This document shows, piece by piece, positions 54,259-62,686 of a stretch of DNA of 64,000 nt. How positions within the stretch are numbered: position 1 is the stretch's first letter; every line of letters begins with the position of its first letter. The stretch comes from Pirellulales bacterium (GTDB lineage Bacteria > Planctomycetota > Planctomycetia > Pirellulales > UBA1268). The stretch spans positions 8,047-72,046 of the forward strand of contig JBILWX010000002.1 of assembly GCA_044369655.1 (NCBI GenBank). Reading direction: 5' to 3'. The notes under the pieces are model-generated. The model was not told the origin of the DNA. It saw only the letters and a program-made list of their open reading frames with translations, and ran no database searches. The position numbers were made by a program, and so were the translations under genes.

Positions 54259-55233
54259 TCACGGGGCATCACCGAGCCTCGGCTCCACCACCATCACCAC
54301 ATCGGTCCGCTTGGCGTCGGAAAACAGCGCCGGCGTGCCGGCCTTATTCTGCCCGGGAACCGGCCACGGCACCAAGCCGAGCCCGATCAGCAGCGTGCGG
54401 TTGGCAGGCCAGCGGAACCGCTCCCCGATCCGCACCGCCGACATCTGCGGCACTTCGATCTGGGCTCGACTGCCGTCGACGGCGGGCGGAGTCGTCCCCA
54501 CCGGCGCCATCCGTTCGATCTGGTCGATGCGGCAGCGGACCACCGCCTCGACCGCCGTGCCGTCGAGCGACATGAGCGGATGGACGTCGATCGACATGCC
54601 CTCGTCGCAGCTGGCCGTCACCGCCTGCCAGCCCGGCCCGGCAGCCACCAGGTCCTGCACGTAGGGCTGCTTCCGGCCCCCGGTAAGCACCGCCGGAATG
54701 CCGTTGGCCGCCAACACGGCGCCGGTGGGCAATTCCTGGCAGTCGCCCCGGGAGCGAAGCCGTGCGAGCAGTACGGCGGCCTCCTCGCGCGACATGATCC
54801 AGGCCTGCACGCCCGGCGTGGCCGCGGGGATCGGCCTGAGCATGGGCCGGACGTCGTTCCGCCAGGCCGGGCTCCCGACGCCCAGCACACGGATGGAAAA
54901 CCGGTGCGGCGTGGCGGCGTCGCCCACGAAGCGTTCGACGATCGCCGCCACCTGCGCCTGCATGTCGGCGACGTGGAAGCAGCGGAGCGTGGCCGCGTCG
55001 GCCGACAACGACGCCACGGTGTCGCCGTGCCATTGCGAATACCCCGTCTCCTGGAGCACCCAGTCGACCACATGCCGCTGGCTGCCCGGACCGGCCTGCC
55101 TGACGAACGGGCCAATGTCATAGGTTTTCCACTCCTGCCCGGCATCCGCGGGCAACTGGGCGTGGAGCGATCGCGCCGGCGCCACGAGGACGGCCGCCAG
55201 AACCACGAAGCGGGCCAGTCGTGCCGAAGCCAT
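54259..55233 (-). CDS. Exported hypothetical protein, weakly secretin-like
   Basis: Signal peptide ending LHA, and a beta-strand pattern (QPYVQD, EGMSIDVHPLMSLDG, IEVPQM, TLLIG, VMVVEP) reminiscent of secretin C-domains. Confidence 0.65.
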   Translation of the reverse strand: MASARLARFVVLAAVLVAPARSLHAQLPADAGQEWKTYDIGPFVRQAGPGSQRHVVDWVLQETGYSQWHGDTVASLSADAATLRCFHVADMQAQVAAIVERFVGDAATPHRFSIRVLGVGSPAWRNDVRPMLRPIPAATPGVQAWIMSREEAAVLLARLRSRGDCQELPTGAVLAANGIPAVLTGGRKQPYVQDLVAAGPGWQAVTASCDEGMSIDVHPLMSLDGTAVEAVVRCRIDQIERMAPVGTTPPAVDGSRAQIEVPQMSAVRIGERFRWPANRTLLIGLGLVPWPVPGQNKAGTPALFSDAKRTDVVMVVEPRLGDAP

Positions 55234-55289
55234 GGGCTCTCATCCTCCGCAGACACGGGCGTCACGCCCCGCCGGCACCGGCAACGTCT

Positions 55290-56531
55290 TCAGCCCAATC
55301 GGCCCAGCACGAGGCTCGCATTGTGGCCGCCGAACCCGAAGCTGTTCGACATGGCCACGTCCACCTTCGCATCCCGGGCGACGTTGGGCGTGTAGTCGAG
55401 ATCGCAGTCCGGGTCTGGATTCTCGAGATTGATGGTCGGAGCAATCGCCCCGCGGGAGATCGTCAGGGCGCAGACGACCAGTTCGATGCCGCCACTGGCG
55501 CCGAGCGTGTGCCCCAGTTGGCTCTTCGTGCTGGAGATCGCCAACCGCCCGGCATGCCCGCCGAACACGCGTTTCACGGCCGCCGTCTCGGCTTTGTCGC
55601 CCAAGGGCGTGCTGGTGCCATGCGCGTTGACATACTGCACCTGGTCGACATTGAGCGCGGCATCGGCGAGCGCCATGCTCATCGCCCGCGCGGCGCCGCG
55701 GCCCTCTTCGTCGGGCTGGGTGATGTGCCCCGCATCGCCGCTGGCACCATAGCCGAGGAGTTCGGCATAGATCCGCGCGCCACGCTTCCGGGCATGCTCC
55801 AACTCCTCCAGGACGACCACGCCGGCCCCCTCGGCGAGCACGAAACCGTCGCGATCGACGTCGAACGGCCGACTGGCCTTCTGGGGAGCGTCGGAACGGA
55901 ACGACAGGGCCCGCATGTTTTGAAACCCGGCCAAACCGATCGGCGTAAGAGCGGCCTCGCTCGCCCCGGTAATCATCACATCCGCATCACCGTACTGAAT
56001 GGCACGCAAGGCACTGCCGATCGAGTTCGCGGCACTGGCACAGGCCGTCGCGACTGCAAAATTCGGCCCCTTCACCCCATACATGCTGGAGACGTGCCCG
56101 CTGGCGGAATTCACCATCAGTTTCGGGATCGTGAAGGGCGAGACCTTGTCGATGCCTTTGTGCAGCAACCGCTCCTCCTGGACCTCGAACTCCCAGAGCC
56201 CGCCGATGCCGGAACCGATCACCACGCCGCACCGGAATGGATCTTCCTTCGAGAAGTCGAGCCCCGACTCGGTGACGGCGTCCTTCGCGGCCGCGAGGGC
56301 GAACTGGGTGAAACGGTCGAGCCGCTTCAGCTCCTTCGGAGAGGAGATCCCCTCGTTTTCCGGCTCCCAGTGCACCTGACCGCCGAATTGCACCCGGTAC
56401 CCCGAGACATCGAACAGGGAGATCGGCCCGACACCGCTGTCTCCGCGCAGAATGCGATCCCAAAAGGATTCAACGGCTCTGCCTAACGAGGTGACGACAC
56501 CCAGTCCCGTCACTACGACGCGTCGCTTCAT
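55290..56531 (-). CDS. fabF: 3-oxoacyl-ACP synthase II
   Basis: ATACAS (Cys), NAHGTST, KSQLGH and SNSFGFGGHN. Start ATG 56531. Confidence 0.97.
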   Translation of the reverse strand: MKRRVVVTGLGVVTSLGRAVESFWDRILRGDSGVGPISLFDVSGYRVQFGGQVHWEPENEGISSPKELKRLDRFTQFALAAAKDAVTESGLDFSKEDPFRCGVVIGSGIGGLWEFEVQEERLLHKGIDKVSPFTIPKLMVNSASGHVSSMYGVKGPNFAVATACASAANSIGSALRAIQYGDADVMITGASEAALTPIGLAGFQNMRALSFRSDAPQKASRPFDVDRDGFVLAEGAGVVVLEELEHARKRGARIYAELLGYGASGDAGHITQPDEEGRGAARAMSMALADAALNVDQVQYVNAHGTSTPLGDKAETAAVKRVFGGHAGRLAISSTKSQLGHTLGASGGIELVVCALTISRGAIAPTINLENPDPDCDLDYTPNVARDAKVDVAMSNSFGFGGHNASLVLGRLG

Positions 56532-56562
56532 GCAGCGCACTGCTCGAATGAAAGGAATGGAA

Positions 56563-56799
56563 TCAAGACTGGTGCTTCTCGATGAACTCGACCGCCTGGC
56601 CGACCGTCTGGATCTTCTCAGCCGCGTCGTCCGGGATATTGATCTCGAACTCTTCCTCGAGTTCCATGACCAACTCGACGGTATCGAGCGAGTCGGCCCC
56701 AAGGTCATTGATAAACGACGTCTCGGGGGTGATCTGTTCCTTGCTCACACCCAGTTGGGACGCGACGATGTCGATCACTCGTTCTTGAACTGAAGCCAC
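56563..56799 (-). CDS. acpP: Acyl carrier protein
   Basis: [17 protein letters not shown] start preceded by AGGAGG. Confidence 0.97.
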   Translation of the reverse strand: MASVQERVIDIVASQLGVSKEQITPETSFINDLGADSLDTVELVMELEEEFEINIPDDAAEKIQTVGQAVEFIEKHQS

Positions 56800-57068
56800 C
56801 TTATGAATCCTCCTGACAACCGGACGCGAAAAACCGCCTGAAAAGCCTTGCTCCACCTGAGACGGCGACGAACTTCAGGGGGTTCGGGGAAGATATAACC
56901 GCTGCCGACCAGAAATGTCCATACCGGGAAATAGAGCGCCCGGCCCGCGTTGGCCCGGGGCTCCGCCCGGTGTTTCCAGGCCCGGCGCCCGGTGGGTTTT
57001 CCCGGGAAAAGCCCTCTGAGGCACTGCTGCGTGCCGCAAGGAGTGCCGGAAACCGCATGTCCCTCGCT

Positions 57069-57896
57069 CTAGCCGATCAGGCCGCCGTCCACCACGAGCA
57101 CCTGGCCCGTGATGTAGGCGGAGGAGGGAGCTGCCAGAAAGAGCACCGCCTCGGCGATCTCCCAAGCCTCGCCCAACCGCTTGGCTGGCACCCGCTTCTT
57201 GACCTCGTCGAGCAGGGCAGAGCCCAGCGCCGCCGTCATGTCGCTGGCGATAAACCCGGGAGCGACGGCGTTGACCGTGACCTTGCGGCCGGCGAGTTCC
57301 TTGGACACCGTCCTGGTCAGCCCCACGAGCCCCGCCTTCGAGGCGGAGTAGTTCGCCTGGCCGGCGTTGCCGATCAGTCCGGAAACGCTGGATACGTTGA
57401 TGATCCTCCCATACCGCTGCTGCATCATCGGACGACTCGCAGCCCGCATGAAGAGAAAGGGGGCGCGAAGATTCGTGGTCAGCACCTCGTCCCACTCCTC
57501 GTCGCTCATCCGCGGCAGGAGAGTGTCCCGCGTCACGCCGGCGTTGTTGACGAGAATGTCCAGCCGGCCAAGCTTCTCCACGACCTGCTCGACGATCCTG
57601 GCCACTTCTTCGCCCTTGGAAACGTCGCAGGGAAACGCCTCCGCCCTGCCGCCGGCCGCACGGATGCCCTCCGCCACCTCCGCCAGCTTGCCGGCGCTCC
57701 GCGCGACCAGCGCGACTGCAGCCCCCGCCGCCCCCAGGGCCTCGGCGATCGCCCGTCCCAGCCCCTGCGAGGCCCCAGTGACGAGGGCAACCTGCCCGGA
57801 AAGGTCGACGTGTAGCCGCTTTGGGCCGGGGCTGGCGGCACCCGAGGCTGGAGTCGCGTCCGCTGCTGAAGCGGGCCGTTTGCTGTCGTCGGTCAT
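57069..57896 (-). CDS. fabG: 3-oxoacyl-ACP reductase
   Basis: TGASQGLG, NNAGVTRD, NYSASK and VAPGFI. Start ATG 57896. Confidence 0.95.
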   Translation of the reverse strand: MTDDSKRPASAADATPASGAASPGPKRLHVDLSGQVALVTGASQGLGRAIAEALGAAGAAVALVARSAGKLAEVAEGIRAAGGRAEAFPCDVSKGEEVARIVEQVVEKLGRLDILVNNAGVTRDTLLPRMSDEEWDEVLTTNLRAPFLFMRAASRPMMQQRYGRIINVSSVSGLIGNAGQANYSASKAGLVGLTRTVSKELAGRKVTVNAVAPGFIASDMTAALGSALLDEVKKRVPAKRLGEAWEIAEAVLFLAAPSSAYITGQVLVVDGGLIG

Positions 57897-57936
57897 GATG
57901 GGCTCCCCGGCGGTGATGAAATCGGATCTGAGGAAA

Positions 57937-58998
57937 TCACTCGGGCACTCCGGAACAGGCAATGCTCCGGTCGATTCGCTTGAGCAGCCCCCGGAGCACC
58001 CGGCCGGGGCCCACCTCGCACACGCTGCGAACACCCGTCGACAACAGGTATGTCATGGAGTCGTGCCACTCGACGACGCCGCAGACCTGCCGGGCCAACA
58101 GGCCGCGAATCTCCGCTGGATCGGCATGCGGCCGGGCGTCGACATTGCTCACGACCGGGATTCGCGGGGAACGGATCGTGGTTTCGGCCAACGCCGCCGC
58201 CAGCCGCTCGACGGCCTCTTGCATGAGCACGGTATGGAACGCCCCAGCTACCTCCAGCCGAACGCATTTCATGGCACCGGCAGCCGCGGCAGCGGCTTCG
58301 AGCCGGCGGCAGGCCGCATCGGACCCCGACGCGACCACGTTGCCTGGACAGAGCACGTTGGCGACCTCGAGCACGTCGCCGCCGCGGCACTCGTCGCAGA
58401 GGCCCGCCACCCGATCACGTTCCAGTCCCAGCACGGCGACCATGCCTCCGGCCGCCGCGCCATCCGGACCACGCCGCCCCGCGCATTCCTGCATCGCCCG
58501 GCCCCGCACATCGACGAGCCGGACGGCGGTATCGAAATCGAGGGCCTCCGCGAACACGAGAGCGGTGTACTCCCCAAGCGACAGGCCGGCCGTGATCGTG
58601 GCCCCGCTCACGAGGGCCGGGTCGCGGGCCTTGAGCAGCTCGAGCGCCGCCAGACTCGTGACCAGAATCGCCGGCTGGCTGACCGATGTGGCGTTGAGCT
58701 TCTCTGCCGGCCCGTGCCGACAGATCGCAGCCAGATCGTAGCCGAGAATGTCCGAGGCTCGCCTGAACAGGTCGGCGGCAGGCGGATGGGCGTCGCACCA
58801 CTCGCCCACCATGCCCACGGCCTGGGCGCCCTGACCGGGGAACAACAGGGCCGTGCAAGCTGAGGGGCCAGCGGATGCTGAGGGGCCAGCGGATGATGCC
58901 ATTGTTGCCGCGGTTGCCGGTTCACTGCCGGCGGTTCCCGCATCGCCTCCACCGGTCGCCGCCGTGCTTCCAGAGGTCGCCGCCGCCAAAGGGGTCAT
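57937..58998 (-). CDS. fabD: Malonyl-CoA:ACP transacylase
   Basis: FPGQGAQ, SQPAI, GLSLGEY, VAGAFH and EVGPG. ATG 58998 overlaps the rpmF stop. Confidence 0.95.
   Translation of the reverse strand: MTPLAAATSGSTAATGGGDAGTAGSEPATAATMASSAGPSASAGPSACTALLFPGQGAQAVGMVGEWCDAHPPAADLFRRASDILGYDLAAICRHGPAEKLNATSVSQPAILVTSLAALELLKARDPALVSGATITAGLSLGEYTALVFAEALDFDTAVRLVDVRGRAMQECAGRRGPDGAAAGGMVAVLGLERDRVAGLCDECRGGDVLEVANVLCPGNVVASGSDAACRRLEAAAAAAGAMKCVRLEVAGAFHTVLMQEAVERLAAALAETTIRSPRIPVVSNVDARPHADPAEIRGLLARQVCGVVEWHDSMTYLLSTGVRSVCEVGPGRVLRGLLKRIDRSIACSGVPE
58859..58894. repeat. In-frame perfect 18-bp tandem duplication in the fabD 5' region
   Basis: gctgaggggccagcggat twice. Confidence 0.85.
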
Positions 58999-59174
58999 TC
59001 TTCCGTCTTGATGACGGCACGACCCATGTAATAGCCGCAATTTCCACAGATCCGGTGCGTGGGCACCGACTTGCCGCAGTTCGAGCAGAACGTCAACTGC
59101 CGGGGCGTGAGGAAGTCGTGCGCCCGACGGGAACGGGTCTTTTGATTCGATTGACGTCGCTTGGGAACGGCCAT
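58995..59174 (-). CDS. rpmF: 50S ribosomal protein L32 (Zn-ribbon type), not in the ORF track
   Basis: Hand translation: MAVPKRRQSNQKTRSRRAHDFLTPRQLTFCSNCGKSVPTHRICGNCGYYMGRAVIKTEE* (59 aa). Confidence 0.97.
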   Translation of the reverse strand: MAVPKRRQSNQKTRSRRAHDFLTPRQLTFCSNCGKSVPTHRICGNCGYYMGRAVIKTEE

Positions 59175-59281
59175 GGATCACCTGCGGTTCGGGAAACTGG
59201 AGTCGCGTACTCTACCCAACGACGCTCCCCCCGGTCAATCGCCGCAGGAAACGGGAACACCGCCGCGAAAACCCGGCGGTG

Positions 59282-60304
59282 CTAGAACAATCGGGCTTGG
59301 GGACCACTCTTCGGCGGGGCGCCAAGGTGCTCTTCGCCCCGGGGGGTGAGCCGACGGCCGCGGGGCGTGCGGACCACCAGTTCGCACCGCAGCAGGAAGG
59401 GTTCGACGTCGTCTTCGAGCGTGTCGGGGGCCGAGCTCATCGTGTGGGCGATGGCCTCGATGCCGACCGGACCGCCGGCGAACACCCGCTGGATCGTCTC
59501 CAGGTAGCGGCGGTCAAAGCCGTCCAGCCCCAGTTCGTCGATCCCCTGCATCTCCAAGGCCGTGCGGGCGATCTCCACGTCGATGAGCCCCTGGGCCCGA
59601 CTGGTGGAGAAATCGCGGATCCATCGGAGCCGGTTGTTCGCCAATCGCGGCGTTCCCCGGCTGCGGCGGGCTATCTCATCGGCCGTGGCGTCGTCCATCG
59701 GCATGTCGAGTTTCACAGCCGATCGGCGGACGATCTCGGCCAGATCGTCCTCCGAGTAGAAATCGAGGTGCTCGCGCATCACAAAGCGGTCGCGAAGCGG
59801 CGCCGAGAGCAGGCCGGGCCGCGTGGTCGCCCCGACGAGCGTGAACGGCCGCAGCGGCATGTTGATCGTGCGGGCCGAGACACCGTCGCCGAGCGTGATA
59901 TCGATGCGAAAATCCTCCATCGCTGGATAGAGAAATTCCTCGACGGCGATCGGCAGGCGATGGATCTCGTCGACGAAGAGCACCGAACCCTCCGCCGCGT
60001 TGGTGAGATAGGGGAGAAGATCCTTCGGCGCGGCCAACGCCGCCCCGCTGGCAATCTGCAAGGTGGTGCCAAGTTCCTTCGGGATACAGGTGGCAAACGT
60101 CGTCTTTCCGAGCCCCGGCGGCCCGTCGAGGAGAATGTGCCCGAGTGTTTCCCCCCGCTTCCGCGACGCGTCGACGGCGATCGAGAGCCGTTCGAACACG
60201 GCCCGCTGCCCGACCATCTCGCTGAACCGCTGGGGACGCAGCGCGCGATCCTCGGCCGGCGCGTCGTCGGCGGCCTGCACGGTGGGCTGACGGAAGCTTT
60301 CCAT
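59282..60304 (-). CDS. ruvB: Holliday junction branch migration helicase RuvB
   Basis: LRPQRF, GPPGLGKTT, FVDEIHR, YPAMEDF, GATTR and SRGTPR. Confidence 0.97.
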   Translation of the reverse strand: MESFRQPTVQAADDAPAEDRALRPQRFSEMVGQRAVFERLSIAVDASRKRGETLGHILLDGPPGLGKTTFATCIPKELGTTLQIASGAALAAPKDLLPYLTNAAEGSVLFVDEIHRLPIAVEEFLYPAMEDFRIDITLGDGVSARTINMPLRPFTLVGATTRPGLLSAPLRDRFVMREHLDFYSEDDLAEIVRRSAVKLDMPMDDATADEIARRSRGTPRLANNRLRWIRDFSTSRAQGLIDVEIARTALEMQGIDELGLDGFDRRYLETIQRVFAGGPVGIEAIAHTMSSAPDTLEDDVEPFLLRCELVVRTPRGRRLTPRGEEHLGAPPKSGPQARLF

Positions 60305-60584
60305 GGGGTGTCTCCGGCACGCATCCTACCCCACCGGCGAACATCCGGGGCAGGGGAGTGTTTGAACGATCGCCGGCAACGCGCCGCCGGGATCGGCAGA
60401 AGTCTCGTCGCTACGGATTTTTCTCCTTCCACGACCTACGGCAGCGCATTCCCCAGAAGGTCGAAAAATCCTCATGCTCCTCGAGCTTCCGCCGATCCCG
60501 GCTCACCGTATGGTGACTGGCAAGACGGATTCGCAGCCGCCAAGAAAGCAAACGCTCGATTCTTTCCGATCGAGTATTCCGCGA

Positions 60585-60715
60585 GGGGATGCCCACGCCC
60601 AGAGAGCCGGCGTTGCTGACACGCGTAGGCAGGATGCCGGAGCGCAGTCAGCATCGAGTGAGCGCAGGACTGGATGTCCGTAGCGAACGTCCGGCGATTG
60701 GGCGTGGGCATCCCC
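60585..60715. repeat. 131-bp palindromic element with 17-bp perfect terminal inverted repeats (MITE/REP-like)
   Basis: ggggatgcccacgccca (60585-60601) is the exact reverse complement of 60699-60715. Internal stems: tgctgac/gtcagca, ggcaggatgcc and ggactggatgtcc. Confidence 0.65.
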
Positions 60716-60735
60716 GGCCTACACGGAAGCCGCCG

Positions 60736-61362
60736 CTACCGTCCCCGGTGCATCTGGCGGTAGATCGCCTCGAGGGCTTCCTGGACGTCCTTGAACTTCT
60801 TCTTGCCCTCGCGGAGGCCGTCCACGAGCCGGCGAGCCTCGGTGTCGGAATGGCCCAACGACCGCAGCACCTCGAAGGTCTCGGAGAGCACATCGGCGGG
60901 TCCGGCCTGATCGGGAGCCTCGCGGGCCACGAGGAGGGCGAATTTCGGCATCCGGCGCCGGAGCTTGGCGATCATCCGCTCGGCCGTGGCCGCGCCGATG
61001 CCGGGCAGCGTGGAGAGCAGGGCGGCATCCTGCTCCTCGATGGCCGTGGCGATCTCGCCGACCGGCCTGACGATCGCCCGCAGTGCCTTTCGCACGCCCA
61101 CGCCGTCGACCTCGCAGATGAGCTCGAAAAACTCCCGTTCCACCTCGGTCAGAAAGCCCACCAACCGCGGCACCATGTTGCCCCGCGTGGGATTGCCCTC
61201 GAGGAATTCGAGCGTGTGGAGGGTGACGGTCTGGCCGAGTTTGGACTGCAGGCCGCGGCGGACGAGTTCGGGCACGAGCACCTCGTGCACGGCATGGCCC
61301 AGCGCCAGTTCGACGCCAGCTGGCTCCACTCGCTCGAGCACTCCGGACACTCGCTTGATCAT
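60736..61362 (-). CDS. ruvA: Holliday junction DNA-binding subunit RuvA
   Basis: HhH motifs VDGVGVRKA and LPGIGAATAER, and LRSLGH. Lies between ruvC and ruvB. Confidence 0.93.
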   Translation of the reverse strand: MIKRVSGVLERVEPAGVELALGHAVHEVLVPELVRRGLQSKLGQTVTLHTLEFLEGNPTRGNMVPRLVGFLTEVEREFFELICEVDGVGVRKALRAIVRPVGEIATAIEEQDAALLSTLPGIGAATAERMIAKLRRRMPKFALLVAREAPDQAGPADVLSETFEVLRSLGHSDTEARRLVDGLREGKKKFKDVQEALEAIYRQMHRGR

Positions 61363-61901
61363 GGACGTGAACTCCCGATGCGATCGATACCAAGGCCGGC
61401 ATGGAGCGGCCGGAGACGCAGGTGATAGTCGGCCAGCGCGATGGCCAGCGCGTCGGCCGCGTCGGCCGGTTCCGGACGGCTGACGAGCCCCAACTCCCGC
61501 TGCACCGCCATCTGCATCTGCTCCTTGCCGGCGTGGCCGTTGCCGGTAAGCGTGCTCTTCACGCGGTTCGGGAGGTAGTGGTGCACGGCCAGGCCTGCCT
61601 GGGCGGCGGCCAGACAGATCACGCCCCGGGCGTGCCCCATCAGGATGGCCGTCTTGGGAAACCGCGCGTGCACGAAGATCTGCTCGATCGCCAGCGCACC
61701 GGGCCGGAAGGCCTCCAGCACCTCGCGAACCCCCGCGTGGATCTCGGCCAGTCGGGTTTCGAGCAACTCGCTCCGGGAGCGGACGGTCCCCGCCTCAAGC
61801 AATCGCACGGCGCGGCCCGACCACTCCACCACGCCGTAGCCGGTGGTGTTCAGGCCGGGGTCGAAACCGACGATGCGGTGCGGAAATGGGTGCGATTCCA
61901 T
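61359..61901 (-). CDS. ruvC: Crossover junction endodeoxyribonuclease RuvC
   Basis: GFDPGLNTTGYG, AIEQIF, GHARGV, GNGHAGK and DAADALAIA. Start ATG 61901. Confidence 0.95.
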   Translation of the reverse strand: MESHPFPHRIVGFDPGLNTTGYGVVEWSGRAVRLLEAGTVRSRSELLETRLAEIHAGVREVLEAFRPGALAIEQIFVHARFPKTAILMGHARGVICLAAAQAGLAVHHYLPNRVKSTLTGNGHAGKEQMQMAVQRELGLVSRPEPADAADALAIALADYHLRLRPLHAGLGIDRIGSSRP

Positions 61902-62137
61902 GGCCGACAGACTAGCTGTGGCTGCCAAAACCCGACAGACCGGTCGCAACCGGGAAAATACAGGCCGTTTTACAGGGCTTTTTGCGGTGGCCTCCACCAT
62001 GGTGCCGTTGCGGGTTCCGCGTCGGCCACACGCTTGACAGCGGGGGGAAACCGCCATGAGACTCGTGGCCAATGCGTGGCGGTCGTCACCTCATTCCGAG
62101 GGAGGCCTCACCGCAGCACTCTCGAAAAGGAATCTGT

Positions 62138-62326
62138 ATGAAGCGGATCGTTTCCGTCGTGAAGTTGCTCTCCGTCGCCGTGGCCCTCTGGGCCGTGACG
62201 TTGGCTGGCGTGAGCCACGCTGGCATTCCCCCCTCGGTTCCCGAGATCGACCCCGGCTCGATCGGCAGCGTGCTGGCGCTCGTGATGGGATCGCTGGCGC
62301 TGCTCGAACGTCGGAAGTCGCTGTAG
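62138..62326 (+). CDS. Tiny exported protein with VPEID-CTERM (PEP-CTERM-like) sorting signal
   Basis: Signal peptide ending SHA, then GIPPS, VPEIDPGS, a hydrophobic helix and ERRK. AAGGA RBS upstream. Confidence 0.8.
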   Translation: MKRIVSVVKLLSVAVALWAVTLAGVSHAGIPPSVPEIDPGSIGSVLALVMGSLALLERRKSL

Positions 62327-62346
62327 TTCCGACTCGCGGTGACGCA

Positions 62347-62399
62347 GCAACGCAATCACCGCAACGCAATCACCGCAACGCAATCACCGCAACGCAATC
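62347..62399. repeat. 14-bp tandem repeat x3.8
   Basis: (gcaacgcaatcacc)3 plus gcaacgcaatc. Confidence 0.9.
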
Positions 62400-62418
62400 G
62401 CAGCACCGTAAGCACAGT

Positions 62419-62454
62419 GGGCCCGGGCATGTCGACAGAGACGTGCCCGGGCCT
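62419..62454. terminator. Strong hairpin between the convergent VPEID gene and tRNA
   Basis: gggcccgggcatgtc-gacaga-gacgtgcccgggcct, a 15-bp stem with two G-U pairs. No U-tract. Confidence 0.55.
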
Positions 62455-62504
62455 GCTCGTTGCCGGGTCAGGGGCGGCACGCGTCGCCGCGGCGGATGAT
62501 TGAA

Positions 62505-62579
<75 letters not shown>

Positions 62580-62686
62580 CGACAGCCCTGAAGAATACAC
62601 GGTTCTTCCCGGAGCACCAAGATTGGCCCCTGGTCCCGGCCGAATTTGCCCCGGGCCGGACGGACAACCCCAGCCGTCAGCCGCGG

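Noticed and set aside
56994-57014. Palindrome gggttttcccgggaaaagccc upstream of acpP as a fatty-acid regulator site
   Set aside because: Single occurrence with no second copy in the fab cluster. It cannot be told apart from an RNA hairpin.
62347-62399. Possible CRISPR array
   Set aside because: Contiguous 14-bp units with no spacers and no cas genes.
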